This document shows, one piece after another, positions 37,978-47,503 of a DNA stretch of 64,000 bases. Below the pieces are notes generated by a model, which was given only the letters and a program-made list of their open reading frames with translations, searched no databases and was not told the origin of the DNA. The position numbers were made by a program, and so were the translations under genes. The stretch's first letter is position 1, and each line of letters begins with the position of its first letter. Source of the DNA: Candidatus Omnitrophica bacterium UBA6215 (lineage in GTDB: Bacteria; Omnitrophota; Gorgyraeia; Pluralincolimonadales; Pluralincolimonadaceae); contig DISH01000006.1 of the NCBI GenBank assembly GCA_002421665.1, forward strand, positions 16,827 to 80,826, given 5' to 3'.

Positions 37978-37984
37978 ACTGTTA

Positions 37985-38160
37985 TCCTCACCCTCGAAGG
38001 AACTCGCTCCTAAACGGGTATCCTGACTGCCGGTTTTAACCTACTAGCCTTGCCTTCCCATCCAATTTGGCGGACAGTGGCTTTATGGCTTTCGTCGCCG
38101 GTTACAGTGGCGGGGCCGTGCCCGTTTTACACGGGCTTCCCTCGTCTAGAATGCTGTTGT
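37985..38160 (-). promoter_or_regulatory. cobalamin (B12) riboswitch in the leader of the cobU-cobT-cobS-btuFCD operon
   Basis: Minus-strand RNA GAGGGAAGCCCGUGUAAAACGGGCACGGCCCCGCCACUGUAACCGG matches the Cbl core (GGGAA..GGUGnAAnnCC..GCCACUG). A second GCCACUGU lies 30 nt downstream; then GGAUGGGAAGG; the cobU ATG is at 37977; a weak -35 TTGACA at 38192-38187. Confidence 0.7.
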
Positions 38161-38217
38161 TAGTTTTAACATACGCGGGAGAAAGATGTCAAACAAAATA
38201 TAGGCCCCCCGCGGGTT

Positions 38218-38901
38218 TTACCTCTTCAATGCCACTCTGAATATGAACGAAAAGAAGCGAAGCGTGTCTTTAAAAGGACGTATCTGGCTCTTCTGCCCCC
38301 TGTATATGGACTTGATCGGGATAGACTTGATCGCAAAACCCGCCCTGGCGGCCTCTATGAGCACTTCCGATTCTATCTCGTATTTATCGGTAGTAAGCGG
38401 TATGGCCCTGAGCACTTTTGTCTTTATTAACCTGTAACCGCATTGTGTATCCGGAATGCTTTGGCCTGCCATGAATGATATCAGCGACGACATGAACCAG
38501 TTTGTGGCCCTGCGCCTAAGAGGCATGTCTTTTGGGTTACCCATCCTGTTGCCTATGACCAGGTCTGTGTCGTTTTTGCCGGCAGCCCTTATGAAATGCT
38601 CGAGTTCGTCAGGATGGTGCTGCCCGTCGCCGTCCATGGTTATCACGTAATCATATTCACCTTCAAGAGCCCTTTTGAACCCGTCCCTGAGCGACATGCC
38701 CTTACCGTGGTTCTTCCTGTGGACTATCACGTCTGCGCCCTCACTGGCGGCCTCGTCCCTTGTCTTGTCTACGGAACCGTCATCGATTACTATGCAGTCA
38801 AGCCCCCTGCCCCTTGCTTCGCTGACTATATGGCCTATTCGCATCTCTTCGTTCAGTGCGGGAATTATGACACATCCCCTGCCGGCGTATGTCTCTTTCA
38901 T
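38218..38901 (-). CDS. family-2 glycosyltransferase (dolichyl-phosphate / polyprenyl-phosphate sugar transferase-like)
   Basis: GT-A motifs (IIPALNEE, DDGSVD, DGDGQH). Start chosen at MKETYAG, abutting the upstream stop; the ORF extends to 38973. Confidence 0.75.
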   Translation of the reverse strand: MKETYAGRGCVIIPALNEEMRIGHIVSEARGRGLDCIVIDDGSVDKTRDEAASEGADVIVHRKNHGKGMSLRDGFKRALEGEYDYVITMDGDGQHHPDELEHFIRAAGKNDTDLVIGNRMGNPKDMPLRRRATNWFMSSLISFMAGQSIPDTQCGYRLIKTKVLRAIPLTTDKYEIESEVLIEAARAGFAIKSIPIKSIYRGQKSQIRPFKDTLRFFSFIFRVALKR

Positions 38902-39752
38902 ATCCAGAACCTTCTGAACATATACCATTGTGAAGGATAGCGCCTTATATAATCCTCTATCGGACGCAGGCATATGCCGGTGATCTCGCGCTCATCCATC
39001 GTATAGTTGCCGGTAGCCTTGTAAACTATCTCTTTCTCGAACCTGAGCTCGAAAGTATCATCCGGCATCCTGATTATGAACCCAGGGACTATCGACGCTT
39101 CAGACCTAAGGTAAAACGCTGCAGGCCCTCTGGGTATCATCGAATCCCTGTTAAAGAACACCGTCTTAAGCCCGTGGGAAGTAAAATCCCTGTCCCCTAC
39201 CAACGCCAAAACCTCGCCCTTATGTATGGCTTCGTAACATTTTTTCACCGCGGCGCCCAAAGATATCACGTTGACCCCGGCCTTCGCCCTTTGTGAGATG
39301 AACAGGTCGTTGACCTTCTTCTGTTTATGGTCAAGGGCGACGGCATTAACCTTATATCCCAGCAAGGATATTACCGCACCGCCAAGCTCGTAATTACCCA
39401 GATGGGCTGTAAGCGTTATCACGCCTTTCCCTTTGCTAAGCGCGCAGTCCAGGTTCTCGCGCCCTACGACCCTCACATACTTGTCAATGTAATCCTTGTT
39501 CAGTTTTCCGAAACGGAAAAAATCCACAAGGTACTTCGCAAAGTTCATGAATACCTCTTTGGCCAGCCTGTCTATCTCTTTTTCTTCCTTATCCGGGAAG
39601 ATCGCGCGGAGATTACCGTAAACTATCCGCCTGTCCCTGCGTGAAATAAAATACTGCGCTTTCGCTATGAAGACCGCTATCGAATAACCAGCCTTCAAGG
39701 GCAGGTTCATGGCCAGGAACTGCACGATTTTATATGTCAGGTATTGGAACAT
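38898..39752 (-). CDS. lipid A biosynthesis (LpxL/HtrB-like) lysophospholipid acyltransferase
   Basis: 284 aa; N-terminal membrane anchor; HLGNYE acyltransferase motif; LPLAT family. Confidence 0.65.
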   Translation of the reverse strand: MFQYLTYKIVQFLAMNLPLKAGYSIAVFIAKAQYFISRRDRRIVYGNLRAIFPDKEEKEIDRLAKEVFMNFAKYLVDFFRFGKLNKDYIDKYVRVVGRENLDCALSKGKGVITLTAHLGNYELGGAVISLLGYKVNAVALDHKQKKVNDLFISQRAKAGVNVISLGAAVKKCYEAIHKGEVLALVGDRDFTSHGLKTVFFNRDSMIPRGPAAFYLRSEASIVPGFIIRMPDDTFELRFEKEIVYKATGNYTMDEREITGICLRPIEDYIRRYPSQWYMFRRFWI

Positions 39753-40978
39753 TCTAGTATAAGTCTCGCTATATCTGTGGAAGAATCAGGCTTGGCAAGC
39801 CTGGCTGCGTTCTCCCGCATATGTGAGAGTTTGGACCCCTGGGTTATCAGGGCTTCCGTAAGGAATGCCGCGTCAGAGGCATTATCGGCTTTAACGGCTG
39901 CGCCGTTCTTGAGCAGGAACTCGCTGTTCTTGGCTTCCTGCCCCGGTATTGGATTTAGTATCACTATCGGTAGATTTTTAGCCAGGGATTCGGAGATAGT
40001 CAACCCGCCGGGCTTGGTTATGATCAATGAAGATACCGACATCAATTCATCCACATTGTCCGTCATGCCCAAAGCGACCATCTTGATCCTGAAGGATGGT
40101 TTCTTCCTTTCGATCCAATCCAGTAACCTTGCGTTACTGCCGGTCACGGCGATCACTTGAATGGGATGTTTTACGCGGTTAAGCTCGTTTATAAGCTCGG
40201 CTATCGGCCCGAGACCCTGGCCTCCTCCCATTACAAGCACGGTCGGGATAGAACTTTCCAGCCCCATCTGAGAACGGACCCTGTCGGTATCCACCTCCGA
40301 GGCGAACTTCGGGTCTATGGGGATGCCGTAGATCTTTACCCTCTCGCGCGGCACACCGTGTTCTACGAACCTTTCGACCGCATTCTCGGAATTTACTATA
40401 TAATAATCCACTGCGTCGAAAAACCAGTAAGAATGCGGATAACAATCCGTCAGGACGCCTATAAGCGGCGTATTAAGGCCGAATGACACCTTGAAATCCG
40501 CCACCATGCCGCACGGGAATGCCTGGGTGCATGCGATGACATCCGGATTGAAATCTTCCAGCAGGCTCTTGAGTTTTCCCGAATTGAACCTATGTATCAG
40601 GTCGCGAAGCCGGCGAAGGCTCCTGAAGACCTTCGGATTATCATAAAGATACTCCCAGACCTCCGGCTTATTCTTGATGACCCCCATATAGGTCCTGTGT
40701 ATGATCCTCTCGACAAGCGGATTGGTATAATTAAAGGAATCTATTACAAGGATCTCTGCCGAGGGTTCAAGCATCCTAACCGCTTTCTCAAGGGCAAAAG
40801 CAGCCTTCTGGTGCCCGGAATTCTCGGATATGTGGAGTATCAGTACCTTTTTAGGCAATCTTGCGCTCCTAAATAATATACGCCCGCCTGGTATGACAGC
40901 GGGCGTATCGATATTACTCGGAGAGGGGATATCTCTTTCTTCAGTCCTTCTTCTCCAAGACTTTCCTGATCCTGTCAA
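39737..40978 (-). CDS. GT28-family glycosyltransferase (MGDG synthase / UgtP-like diacylglycerol glycosyltransferase)
   Basis: KKVLILHISENSGHQKAAFALEKA N-terminal MGDG-synthase-like domain; C-terminal GT-B motif (PGGLTISESL). The first ATG overlaps the upstream gene by 37 nt, so the true start is uncertain. Confidence 0.6.
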   Translation of the reverse strand: MTGSGKSWRRRTEERDIPSPSNIDTPAVIPGGRILFRSARLPKKVLILHISENSGHQKAAFALEKAVRMLEPSAEILVIDSFNYTNPLVERIIHRTYMGVIKNKPEVWEYLYDNPKVFRSLRRLRDLIHRFNSGKLKSLLEDFNPDVIACTQAFPCGMVADFKVSFGLNTPLIGVLTDCYPHSYWFFDAVDYYIVNSENAVERFVEHGVPRERVKIYGIPIDPKFASEVDTDRVRSQMGLESSIPTVLVMGGGQGLGPIAELINELNRVKHPIQVIAVTGSNARLLDWIERKKPSFRIKMVALGMTDNVDELMSVSSLIITKPGGLTISESLAKNLPIVILNPIPGQEAKNSEFLLKNGAAVKADNASDAAFLTEALITQGSKLSHMRENAARLAKPDSSTDIARLILECSNT

Positions 40979-42125
40979 CGGCTATCTTGAGCCTGTCCTC
41001 AGGCTCGACGAGGGAGAATCTCACAAAACCCTCGCCGAATTCGCCGAAACCGGTACCGGGAGAACATACGACTCCCGCCTCTTCGACCAAAAGGGCGGCA
41101 AATTCCATCGAAGTAAGCCCGCTGTATTTCGGAGGAATGTGCGCCCATACATAGAAAGTCCCTTGCGGTTTATCCACTTCCCACCCCGCCGCGTTTATGC
41201 CTTCGACAAATATATCTCTCCTGGCCTTATAGGTCGCGATAAGCTCTTTCACGCAATCCTGCGGCCCTGTAAGGGCTTTTATGGCCGCGCATTGTATCGG
41301 CCTGAATAAACCGAAATCTATATAGCTCTTGGTCTTTTCGAGCGAGCGGATTATGTTGGAATTGCCCACGACCATGCCTATTCTCCAACCGGCCATATTA
41401 TAGGATTTAGACAAGGTGTGGAACTCCACGCATTTCTCCTTTGCTCCCTTGACCTGTAATATGCTGGGGGCGGGTTTTCCTTCAAAGACAAAATCCGAAT
41501 AAGCGTTGTCGTAAGCTATTATTATATCTTTGTCCCGGGCCCAGTCTACTACATCTTCGAGGAAGGCCAGGTCGGCGACAGCCGTAGTCGGGTTATGCGG
41601 ATAGCTCAGGAAAAGGATCTTCGCCATACGCGTTATCTCCCTTCCTAAGGTCCTCAGGTCAGGCTTATATCCGTTCTCCTTTGTAACGGGGATACTGTAA
41701 AGGATACCTCCGGCCATTATGGGACCATTGAAATGTACGGGATAGCCGGGGCTCGGAACAAGAGCTATATCATCGCTGTTCAGGAAAGTCAGGCAAAAGT
41801 TGGCTATTCCTTCTTTCGAGCCGATAAGGGGCAGGACTTCTGTCCTTGGGTCGAGGTCAACATTGAATTTTCTCTTATACCAATCGGCTATGGCCCTATT
41901 GAATGCCTTCTCTATCTCTCCGGTAGGCCTGGAGTAGCGGTGGTTGGCCACGTATTTTGCCTGTTCGCGCAGTTCTTCAACTATGTGCGGCGCGGGAGGA
42001 AGGTCCGGGCTCCCCATGCCGAGGTCAAAAACATCGACACCCTGGGCCCTGGCCTTCTCTTTAAGCTCATCAAGGATAGTGAACAGATAAAGCGGTAATC
42101 TCTTCAGCCTGTTTGCTTCATGCAT
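40941..42125 (-). CDS. class I/II PLP-dependent aminotransferase (LL-diaminopimelate aminotransferase-like)
   Basis: 394 aa; PLP lysine region SKSYNMAGWRIG; N-terminus LYLFTILDELK...VFDLGMGSPD resembles the DapL/AlaA type. Confidence 0.55.
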   Translation of the reverse strand: MHEANRLKRLPLYLFTILDELKEKARAQGVDVFDLGMGSPDLPPAPHIVEELREQAKYVANHRYSRPTGEIEKAFNRAIADWYKRKFNVDLDPRTEVLPLIGSKEGIANFCLTFLNSDDIALVPSPGYPVHFNGPIMAGGILYSIPVTKENGYKPDLRTLGREITRMAKILFLSYPHNPTTAVADLAFLEDVVDWARDKDIIIAYDNAYSDFVFEGKPAPSILQVKGAKEKCVEFHTLSKSYNMAGWRIGMVVGNSNIIRSLEKTKSYIDFGLFRPIQCAAIKALTGPQDCVKELIATYKARRDIFVEGINAAGWEVDKPQGTFYVWAHIPPKYSGLTSMEFAALLVEEAGVVCSPGTGFGEFGEGFVRFSLVEPEDRLKIAVDRIRKVLEKKD

Positions 42126-42134
42126 ATTACTATT

Positions 42135-42395
42135 TTATTCCTCTTCCTCAAAAAGGGCTTCTTCTTCCTCAATGTTAGCGAGAACTTCGCCCGTTTCGAC
42201 TATATCCCCTTCTTCGTAATAGACTTCCGTCAATACGCCCGAACAGGGCGCCGGGACGTTAAAAGTTGATTTATCGGTCGCGACCTCTACAAGATCCTCG
42301 CCTTCCTCTACCCTGTCTCCTTCCTCAAAATGCCAGTACGAGACAGTGACCTCCCTTCCTCCTTCACCTAAGTCAGGCAAAATCACCTTTGCCAT
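42135..42395 (-). CDS. stand-alone E2-type lipoyl-domain protein (lipoyl carrier)
   Basis: 86 aa; ILPDLGEG...VEVATDKSTFNVPAPCSGVL lipoyl-lysine motif; acidic C-terminal tail. Confidence 0.7.
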   Translation of the reverse strand: MAKVILPDLGEGGREVTVSYWHFEEGDRVEEGEDLVEVATDKSTFNVPAPCSGVLTEVYYEEGDIVETGEVLANIEEEEALFEEEE

Positions 42396-42413
42396 AATAT
42401 CTCCTCCTTGCGG

Positions 42414-43262
42414 CTAAATATTGTTTAAACAAGCTGCGTAATAGGAACTCCTGACAAAAGGCCCTGCGCTTACTCTTGTAAAGCCTAAATTATACGCTAT
42501 TTCCTCATATTTTGCAAATAAATTAGGGGAGACGAATTCGCTCTCGGCTATTTTCCCGCCGGCGGGTTTCAAGTACTGGCCTAAAGTAAGGATATCGCAA
42601 TCGACCCGCCTAAGGTCCTTCATGGACTCCAGGACATCCTCTCCGGTCTCACCAAGCCCTAGCATAATCCCGCTCTTTGTAGGGGTGCCAGGCGATACGG
42701 CCTTGGATATGCGTAAAACCGAAAGGGAAACATCGTAGTCTGCCCGGGGTTTTACCGATCTGTGGATCCTGCGTACGGTATCTATGTTATGGGCAAAGAC
42801 GTTCACGCCTGCTTCGTGTACGGTCCTTATAGAATCCGGGGATGCCTTAAAATCAGGGACCAGGACTTCAACACCTATATTGACGGCCATATCTTTCAGG
42901 CGGGCAACTACCGAGGCAAAATGGGCCGCGCCACCATCCTCAAGATCATCCCTGGTCACCGAGGTAATGACCGCGTATTTCAGGCCAAGGCATTCGACTG
43001 CCCGGCGTATCTTGTCTGCTTCACCGGCATCGGGCGGTAGAGGCCTCCCGTGCCGGACCGCACAAAACCTGCAGCCTCTTGTACAGACATCGCCAAGTAT
43101 TATGAATGTCGCCACGCCTTTATTGAAACACTCGCAAAGGTTGGGACAATTAGCGGTCTCACAGATAGTCTTGGCCGAAGTCTCCCGGAGCAGTTTTCTT
43201 GTCCTGCTTATCATCTCGGATGCGATAACTGGCCTGCGCAGCCAAAACGGCTTTGCTATCAC
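42414..43262 (-). CDS. lipA: lipoyl synthase
   Basis: 282 aa; auxiliary cluster CETANCPNLCEC and radical-SAM CTRGCRFC motif. Confidence 0.92.
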   Translation of the reverse strand: MIAKPFWLRRPVIASEMISRTRKLLRETSAKTICETANCPNLCECFNKGVATFIILGDVCTRGCRFCAVRHGRPLPPDAGEADKIRRAVECLGLKYAVITSVTRDDLEDGGAAHFASVVARLKDMAVNIGVEVLVPDFKASPDSIRTVHEAGVNVFAHNIDTVRRIHRSVKPRADYDVSLSVLRISKAVSPGTPTKSGIMLGLGETGEDVLESMKDLRRVDCDILTLGQYLKPAGGKIAESEFVSPNLFAKYEEIAYNLGFTRVSAGPFVRSSYYAACLNNI

Positions 43263-44575
43263 CGCGAGCGCCTTAACATATTAAAGGCGGCTTCCCGGAT
43301 ACTCTCTGTAAAAGTAGGATGGGCCTGTATTGTTCCGGCAATCTGCTCTACGCTAAGCCCGCCCTTTATGGCAAGGCTTATGGCACCTATCATTTCGGAT
43401 GCATTATAACCAAGTATCTGCGCCCCGATAACCTTCCCGTCGCCCTTATCCGCTACGAGCTTAACGAAACCTTCTGGTTCTCCGGCCGCCTGGGCCCTGC
43501 CCGATGCGGAAAAGAAGGCCCTGCCCGACGCGGCGGATATACCCGCTTCCTCTGCCTCATCCACGGTCAATCCTACGCTCGCGCACTCCGGGAACGAGTA
43601 TACGCACATCGGCACCAGGGAGTAATCCATCCTGGTCTTTATACCGGCGGCATTCTTGGCGGCAACGATACCTTCTTCGGCCGCCGCATGCGCCAGGTTA
43701 TACCTGCCAACACAATCGCCTGCGGCGAATATATTATCAGCGCTGGTCCTTAAATATTCATCTGCCTCAATTTTTCCTCCTGCCGACAGGACCTGCGCTT
43801 TTTCAAGCGAGAGACCCCCGATATCCGCAACGCGCCCTACCGATATAAGGACAAGCCCGGAACTTATCTTGCTTATGTCGACCTGCGGCACACCGGTTAC
43901 TACCTCTATACCTTTGCTCCTGAATATACCTTCAAGCCTGTTGGATATATCTTTATCTTCTTTCGGAAGTATGCGCTGCAGGGTCTCCATCAAAACCACC
44001 TTCGCTCCCAAAGCGCGGAAGAATGAAGCGAACTCACAGCCTATCGGCCCGGCGCCTATTATAGTGACATCGGACGGCAGGTCCTCAATACCGAGTATCT
44101 CCTCGGAATAGAATATCCTTTTAAGGTCCGATCTTATATCCGCCAACCGCCTGGGGATCGAACCGGAGGCTATGATAAAGGACTTTGACCTTATCTCTTC
44201 ACCTCCCGCAAGTATGGAGTTCCGGGACAGAAAAACGGCTTCTCCGTTTATAATATCAACTTTAGAGGATCTCAAAGATTGTTCCAGCTGGGCCTTCAGG
44301 CGTGAAACAACCTCTGCGGAACGCCTGCTAACGGATTTAAGATCTATTGAAGGTTTTGGTGCGGATATCCCGAATTCCTGCGAGCGATTCATTTCTTCAA
44401 AAAGGGCTGCGGATCTCAGGCGGGTTTTTGTGGGTATACAACCCCTGTTAAGGCATACGCCGCCTGCTTCGCCTCTTTCGACGAGAGCGACTTTTGCCCC
44501 GAGCGCAGACGACTGGGCAGCTGCTGCTGTTCCGCCCGGCCCGGCACCTATTATACATACATCGAATTCTCTCAT
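43259..44575 (-). CDS. lpd: dihydrolipoyl dehydrogenase (FAD pyridine-nucleotide-disulfide oxidoreductase)
   Basis: 438 aa; GAGPGG FAD motif; redox-active GGVCLNRGCIPTK. Confidence 0.85.
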   Translation of the reverse strand: MREFDVCIIGAGPGGTAAAAQSSALGAKVALVERGEAGGVCLNRGCIPTKTRLRSAALFEEMNRSQEFGISAPKPSIDLKSVSRRSAEVVSRLKAQLEQSLRSSKVDIINGEAVFLSRNSILAGGEEIRSKSFIIASGSIPRRLADIRSDLKRIFYSEEILGIEDLPSDVTIIGAGPIGCEFASFFRALGAKVVLMETLQRILPKEDKDISNRLEGIFRSKGIEVVTGVPQVDISKISSGLVLISVGRVADIGGLSLEKAQVLSAGGKIEADEYLRTSADNIFAAGDCVGRYNLAHAAAEEGIVAAKNAAGIKTRMDYSLVPMCVYSFPECASVGLTVDEAEEAGISAASGRAFFSASGRAQAAGEPEGFVKLVADKGDGKVIGAQILGYNASEMIGAISLAIKGGLSVEQIAGTIQAHPTFTESIREAAFNMLRRSR

Positions 44576-44589
44576 CCGGACAGTGCGCC

Positions 44590-45693
44590 TTAAAGCGCCT
44601 TTATGATCGCGTCGGCCATCTGGCTGGTCCCGACAGCGGAAGGGTCGTTACGGTTGGGTTTAAGGTCGTAAGTTACGTCTTTGCCCCCGCCTATTACTTT
44701 CTTTACAGCGCCCTCAAGCTTATCGGCGGCCTTGACCTCCCCGATATGGCGTAACATAAGCACGCCGGAAAGTATCATAGCGGTGGGGTTCACCTTATTC
44801 ATTCCCTTGTATTTCGGCGCACTGCCGTGGGTGGCCTCAAAAACTGCGGCATCGGCTCCTATATTTGCGCCAGGCGCCACTCCTAACCCGCCGACAAGGC
44901 CCGCGCACAGATCGGAGATTATATCACCGTAAAGATTGGGAAGGACCAGGACATCATACTCTTCCGGGCGCTGTACAAGCTGCATGCAGATATTGTCAAC
45001 TATCCTGTCCTCAAAATCTACCTTGCCGGAATATTCCCCGGCAACCTGTCTTGCCGTCGCCAGGAAAAGACCGTCTGTCGCCTTCATTATGTTCGCTTTA
45101 TGGATACAGGTAACCTTCTTCCTTTTATTCTTGACCGCGTAATCGAAAGCGAACTTTACTATGCGTTCGGCACCGAATTTGGATATTGGCTTAATACTAA
45201 TAGCGGAACCCTGCCTGACCTGCTTCTTGGAGAGCGAGTTTACAATATCCGTGACCTTCTTCGCCTCCTCGGTGTCAGCGTCAAATTCCACTCCGGCATA
45301 AAGGTCCTCCGTATTCTCCCTTACTATCACCAGGTCTATATCTTCATAGCGGCTGCGCACGCCTTTATAAGACTTACACGGGCGCAGGCACGCATAAAGT
45401 TCAAGTGCCTTCCTGAGTTCAACGTTAACACTGCGAATCCCGGTACCTACAGGGGTAGTTATCGGGCCCTTTATCGCAACCTTATTCTTCTTGATGGAAT
45501 CAAGGACATGTTGCGGAAGCGGGGTGCCGTATTTCTCCATAACATCTATCCCCGCGTCAAAAATTTCCCACTCGATCGCGGAGCCAACGGCGGTAACTGC
45601 GGCCTCGATACAGCGCCTTGCGGCATCAGATAATTCCGGGCCGACGCCGTCACCAGGTATAAAGGTTATCTTATGCTTCAAAACCCCCTCCAT
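44590..45693 (-). CDS. isocitrate/isopropylmalate dehydrogenase-family enzyme, most like NAD-dependent isocitrate dehydrogenase
   Basis: 367 aa; LELYACLRP and [19 protein letters not shown] match the NAD-IDH (IDH3-like) signatures. Confidence 0.6.
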   Translation of the reverse strand: MEGVLKHKITFIPGDGVGPELSDAARRCIEAAVTAVGSAIEWEIFDAGIDVMEKYGTPLPQHVLDSIKKNKVAIKGPITTPVGTGIRSVNVELRKALELYACLRPCKSYKGVRSRYEDIDLVIVRENTEDLYAGVEFDADTEEAKKVTDIVNSLSKKQVRQGSAISIKPISKFGAERIVKFAFDYAVKNKRKKVTCIHKANIMKATDGLFLATARQVAGEYSGKVDFEDRIVDNICMQLVQRPEEYDVLVLPNLYGDIISDLCAGLVGGLGVAPGANIGADAAVFEATHGSAPKYKGMNKVNPTAMILSGVLMLRHIGEVKAADKLEGAVKKVIGGGKDVTYDLKPNRNDPSAVGTSQMADAIIKAL

Positions 45694-45694
45694 C

Positions 45695-46861
45695 TTATAT
45701 CTTCTTGGCCCAGTCCTCTATCCTGTCCAGGCCTTTCTTGATCTCTTCCATGCTTGTGGCAAAGCTGAGCCTTATATGCGTATTGCATCCGAAAGGTTCG
45801 CCGGGGATAACGGCAACCTTTTCTTCTTCGAGCAGCCTCCGGGCAAGCTCAAACGAACTTAAACCCGTCTGGGATATATCGCAGAAGACGTAAAAAGCGC
45901 CCTTGGGCCTAATGCAGCAGAAACCTTTTATCGAATTCACGCGCTCGACCATATAATCACGGCGTTTCTTGAATTCCTCGGCCATCTTGTATACACAAGA
46001 CTGGTCCCCGCTTATGGCTTCAAGCGAAGCTTTTTGGGTGAAAGAAACGGGATTCGACGTTGAATGGTCCTGGAGCCTGCCTATGGCCGCGGCCGATTCC
46101 TTGTCAGGCGCTCCGAGATAGCCTATCCGCCACCCCGTCATGGAATATGATTTGGATACACCGTTAACGGTAAATGTCAACGAATACGCATCTTTTGAAA
46201 GAGATGCGAAAGAAATATGCTTTTCTCCGTCATAGATGATCTTCTCGTATATCTCATCCGAGATAACGGCTATCTTATTGCTTATAAGCACCCCGGCGAT
46301 AGACTCAAGTTCCGCCCTGTTATATACCGAGCCCGTAGGATTTGACGGGCTGTTAAGGATAAAAGCAACGGTCTTTGTCGTGATGGCGGATTTAAGTGCC
46401 TCCGGTTTGACCTTGAATCCGTCCGACTGTTTTGTATCCAGTATAACGGGAACCCCGCCGGCCAGCTTAACCATCTCGACATAGCTGACCCAGTAAGGCG
46501 AGGGTATTATGACCTCGTCGCCGTCATCGCATATCGCCTGGAATATGTTATAAAGAGAGTGCTTGGCGCCGCATGATACTACTATCTGGGAAGGCTCGTA
46601 AGAAAGGCCGTTATCCTTAAGGAATTTGGCACAAACGGCCTTTTTAAGATCGGGTATACCCGAAGTCGGGGTGTATTTAGTAAACCCTGCTTCGATAGAT
46701 TTTATCGCCGCAGACTTTATATTGCCGGGAGTGTCAAAATCCGGTTCACCGGCCCCGAAACTGACGACATCCTCGCCTCTGGCCTTCATCTCCTTGGCCT
46801 TAGCGGTTATCGCGAGAGTCGGGGACTCCTTGACTTTCCCCAGGCGTCTTGAGATCTTCAA
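45695..46861 (-). CDS. aspC: aspartate/aromatic aminotransferase (class I)
   Basis: 388 aa; AspAT type Ib pattern (...[10 protein letters not shown]..., [13 protein letters not shown]); TTG start with AGGAGGGG 7 nt upstream. Confidence 0.75.
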   Translation of the reverse strand: MKISRRLGKVKESPTLAITAKAKEMKARGEDVVSFGAGEPDFDTPGNIKSAAIKSIEAGFTKYTPTSGIPDLKKAVCAKFLKDNGLSYEPSQIVVSCGAKHSLYNIFQAICDDGDEVIIPSPYWVSYVEMVKLAGGVPVILDTKQSDGFKVKPEALKSAITTKTVAFILNSPSNPTGSVYNRAELESIAGVLISNKIAVISDEIYEKIIYDGEKHISFASLSKDAYSLTFTVNGVSKSYSMTGWRIGYLGAPDKESAAAIGRLQDHSTSNPVSFTQKASLEAISGDQSCVYKMAEEFKKRRDYMVERVNSIKGFCCIRPKGAFYVFCDISQTGLSSFELARRLLEEEKVAVIPGEPFGCNTHIRLSFATSMEEIKKGLDRIEDWAKKI

Positions 46862-46885
46862 AGCAATCCCCTCCTGACCGGCGGG

Positions 46886-47488
46886 TTATTTTGTCTTACC
46901 CTTGAAGAACTTACGGAGGGTACCCACAAATCCGGGCTGGCCCTGATGGGTCCCGGTCGGGTGTATCTCCTTCATTTCCTTCTTGGGCGGGATGTGCTTT
47001 TCGGGAGCAGATTCTTTCTGCTTCTCCGCGGCAACGGATGCCGACTCTTTCTGAGAAGCTTTCTCCGAGGGAGCCGCCTGCTTTGTATCTGAAGATTTTT
47101 CTTTTTTGTGCTTTACCTTAGGAGCTGCTACCTTTTTCTCCGTAAGCTCAAGTATGACCATCTCGGCATTGTCTCCCCTCCTGTTGCCGAGCCTTATTAT
47201 CCTGGTATATCCACCCTTTCTGTCCTTAAAAAGAGGCGATATCTCCTTAAAAAGCTTTGACACGAGATCCTCATCGCGGAGAACGGCAAAGACCCTCCTC
47301 CTGGAGTGGAGCGTATCAACCTTGCCCATGGTTATAAGGCGTTCGGCCAGTTTCCTGGCTTCCTTCGCCTTCTGGGCCGTGGTCGTTATGCTCTGGGATA
47401 TAAAAAGCCCCCTTGCGAGATTCATAAGCATTGAATCCCTTTCGGGCTTGTTCCTGTCAAACTTCCTGTTAGATTTTCTATGGCGCAT
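46886..47488 (-). CDS. rplQ: 50S ribosomal protein L17 with an approximately 80-aa Lys-rich C-terminal extension
   Basis: N-terminal 120 aa is canonical bL17 (MRHRKSNRKFDRN...); the tail is K/E/A/S-rich. Confidence 0.9.
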   Translation of the reverse strand: MRHRKSNRKFDRNKPERDSMLMNLARGLFISQSITTTAQKAKEARKLAERLITMGKVDTLHSRRRVFAVLRDEDLVSKLFKEISPLFKDRKGGYTRIIRLGNRRGDNAEMVILELTEKKVAAPKVKHKKEKSSDTKQAAPSEKASQKESASVAAEKQKESAPEKHIPPKKEMKEIHPTGTHQGQPGFVGTLRKFFKGKTK

Positions 47489-47503
47489 TGTCTTATATAC
47501 CCG

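Noticed and set aside
38193-38212. CCCGCGGGGGG palindrome after the GT2 gene as a rho-independent terminator
   Set aside because: The stem is only 4 bp (CCCG/CGGG) with essentially no loop. It is not a credible terminator hairpin, although a T-rich stretch follows.
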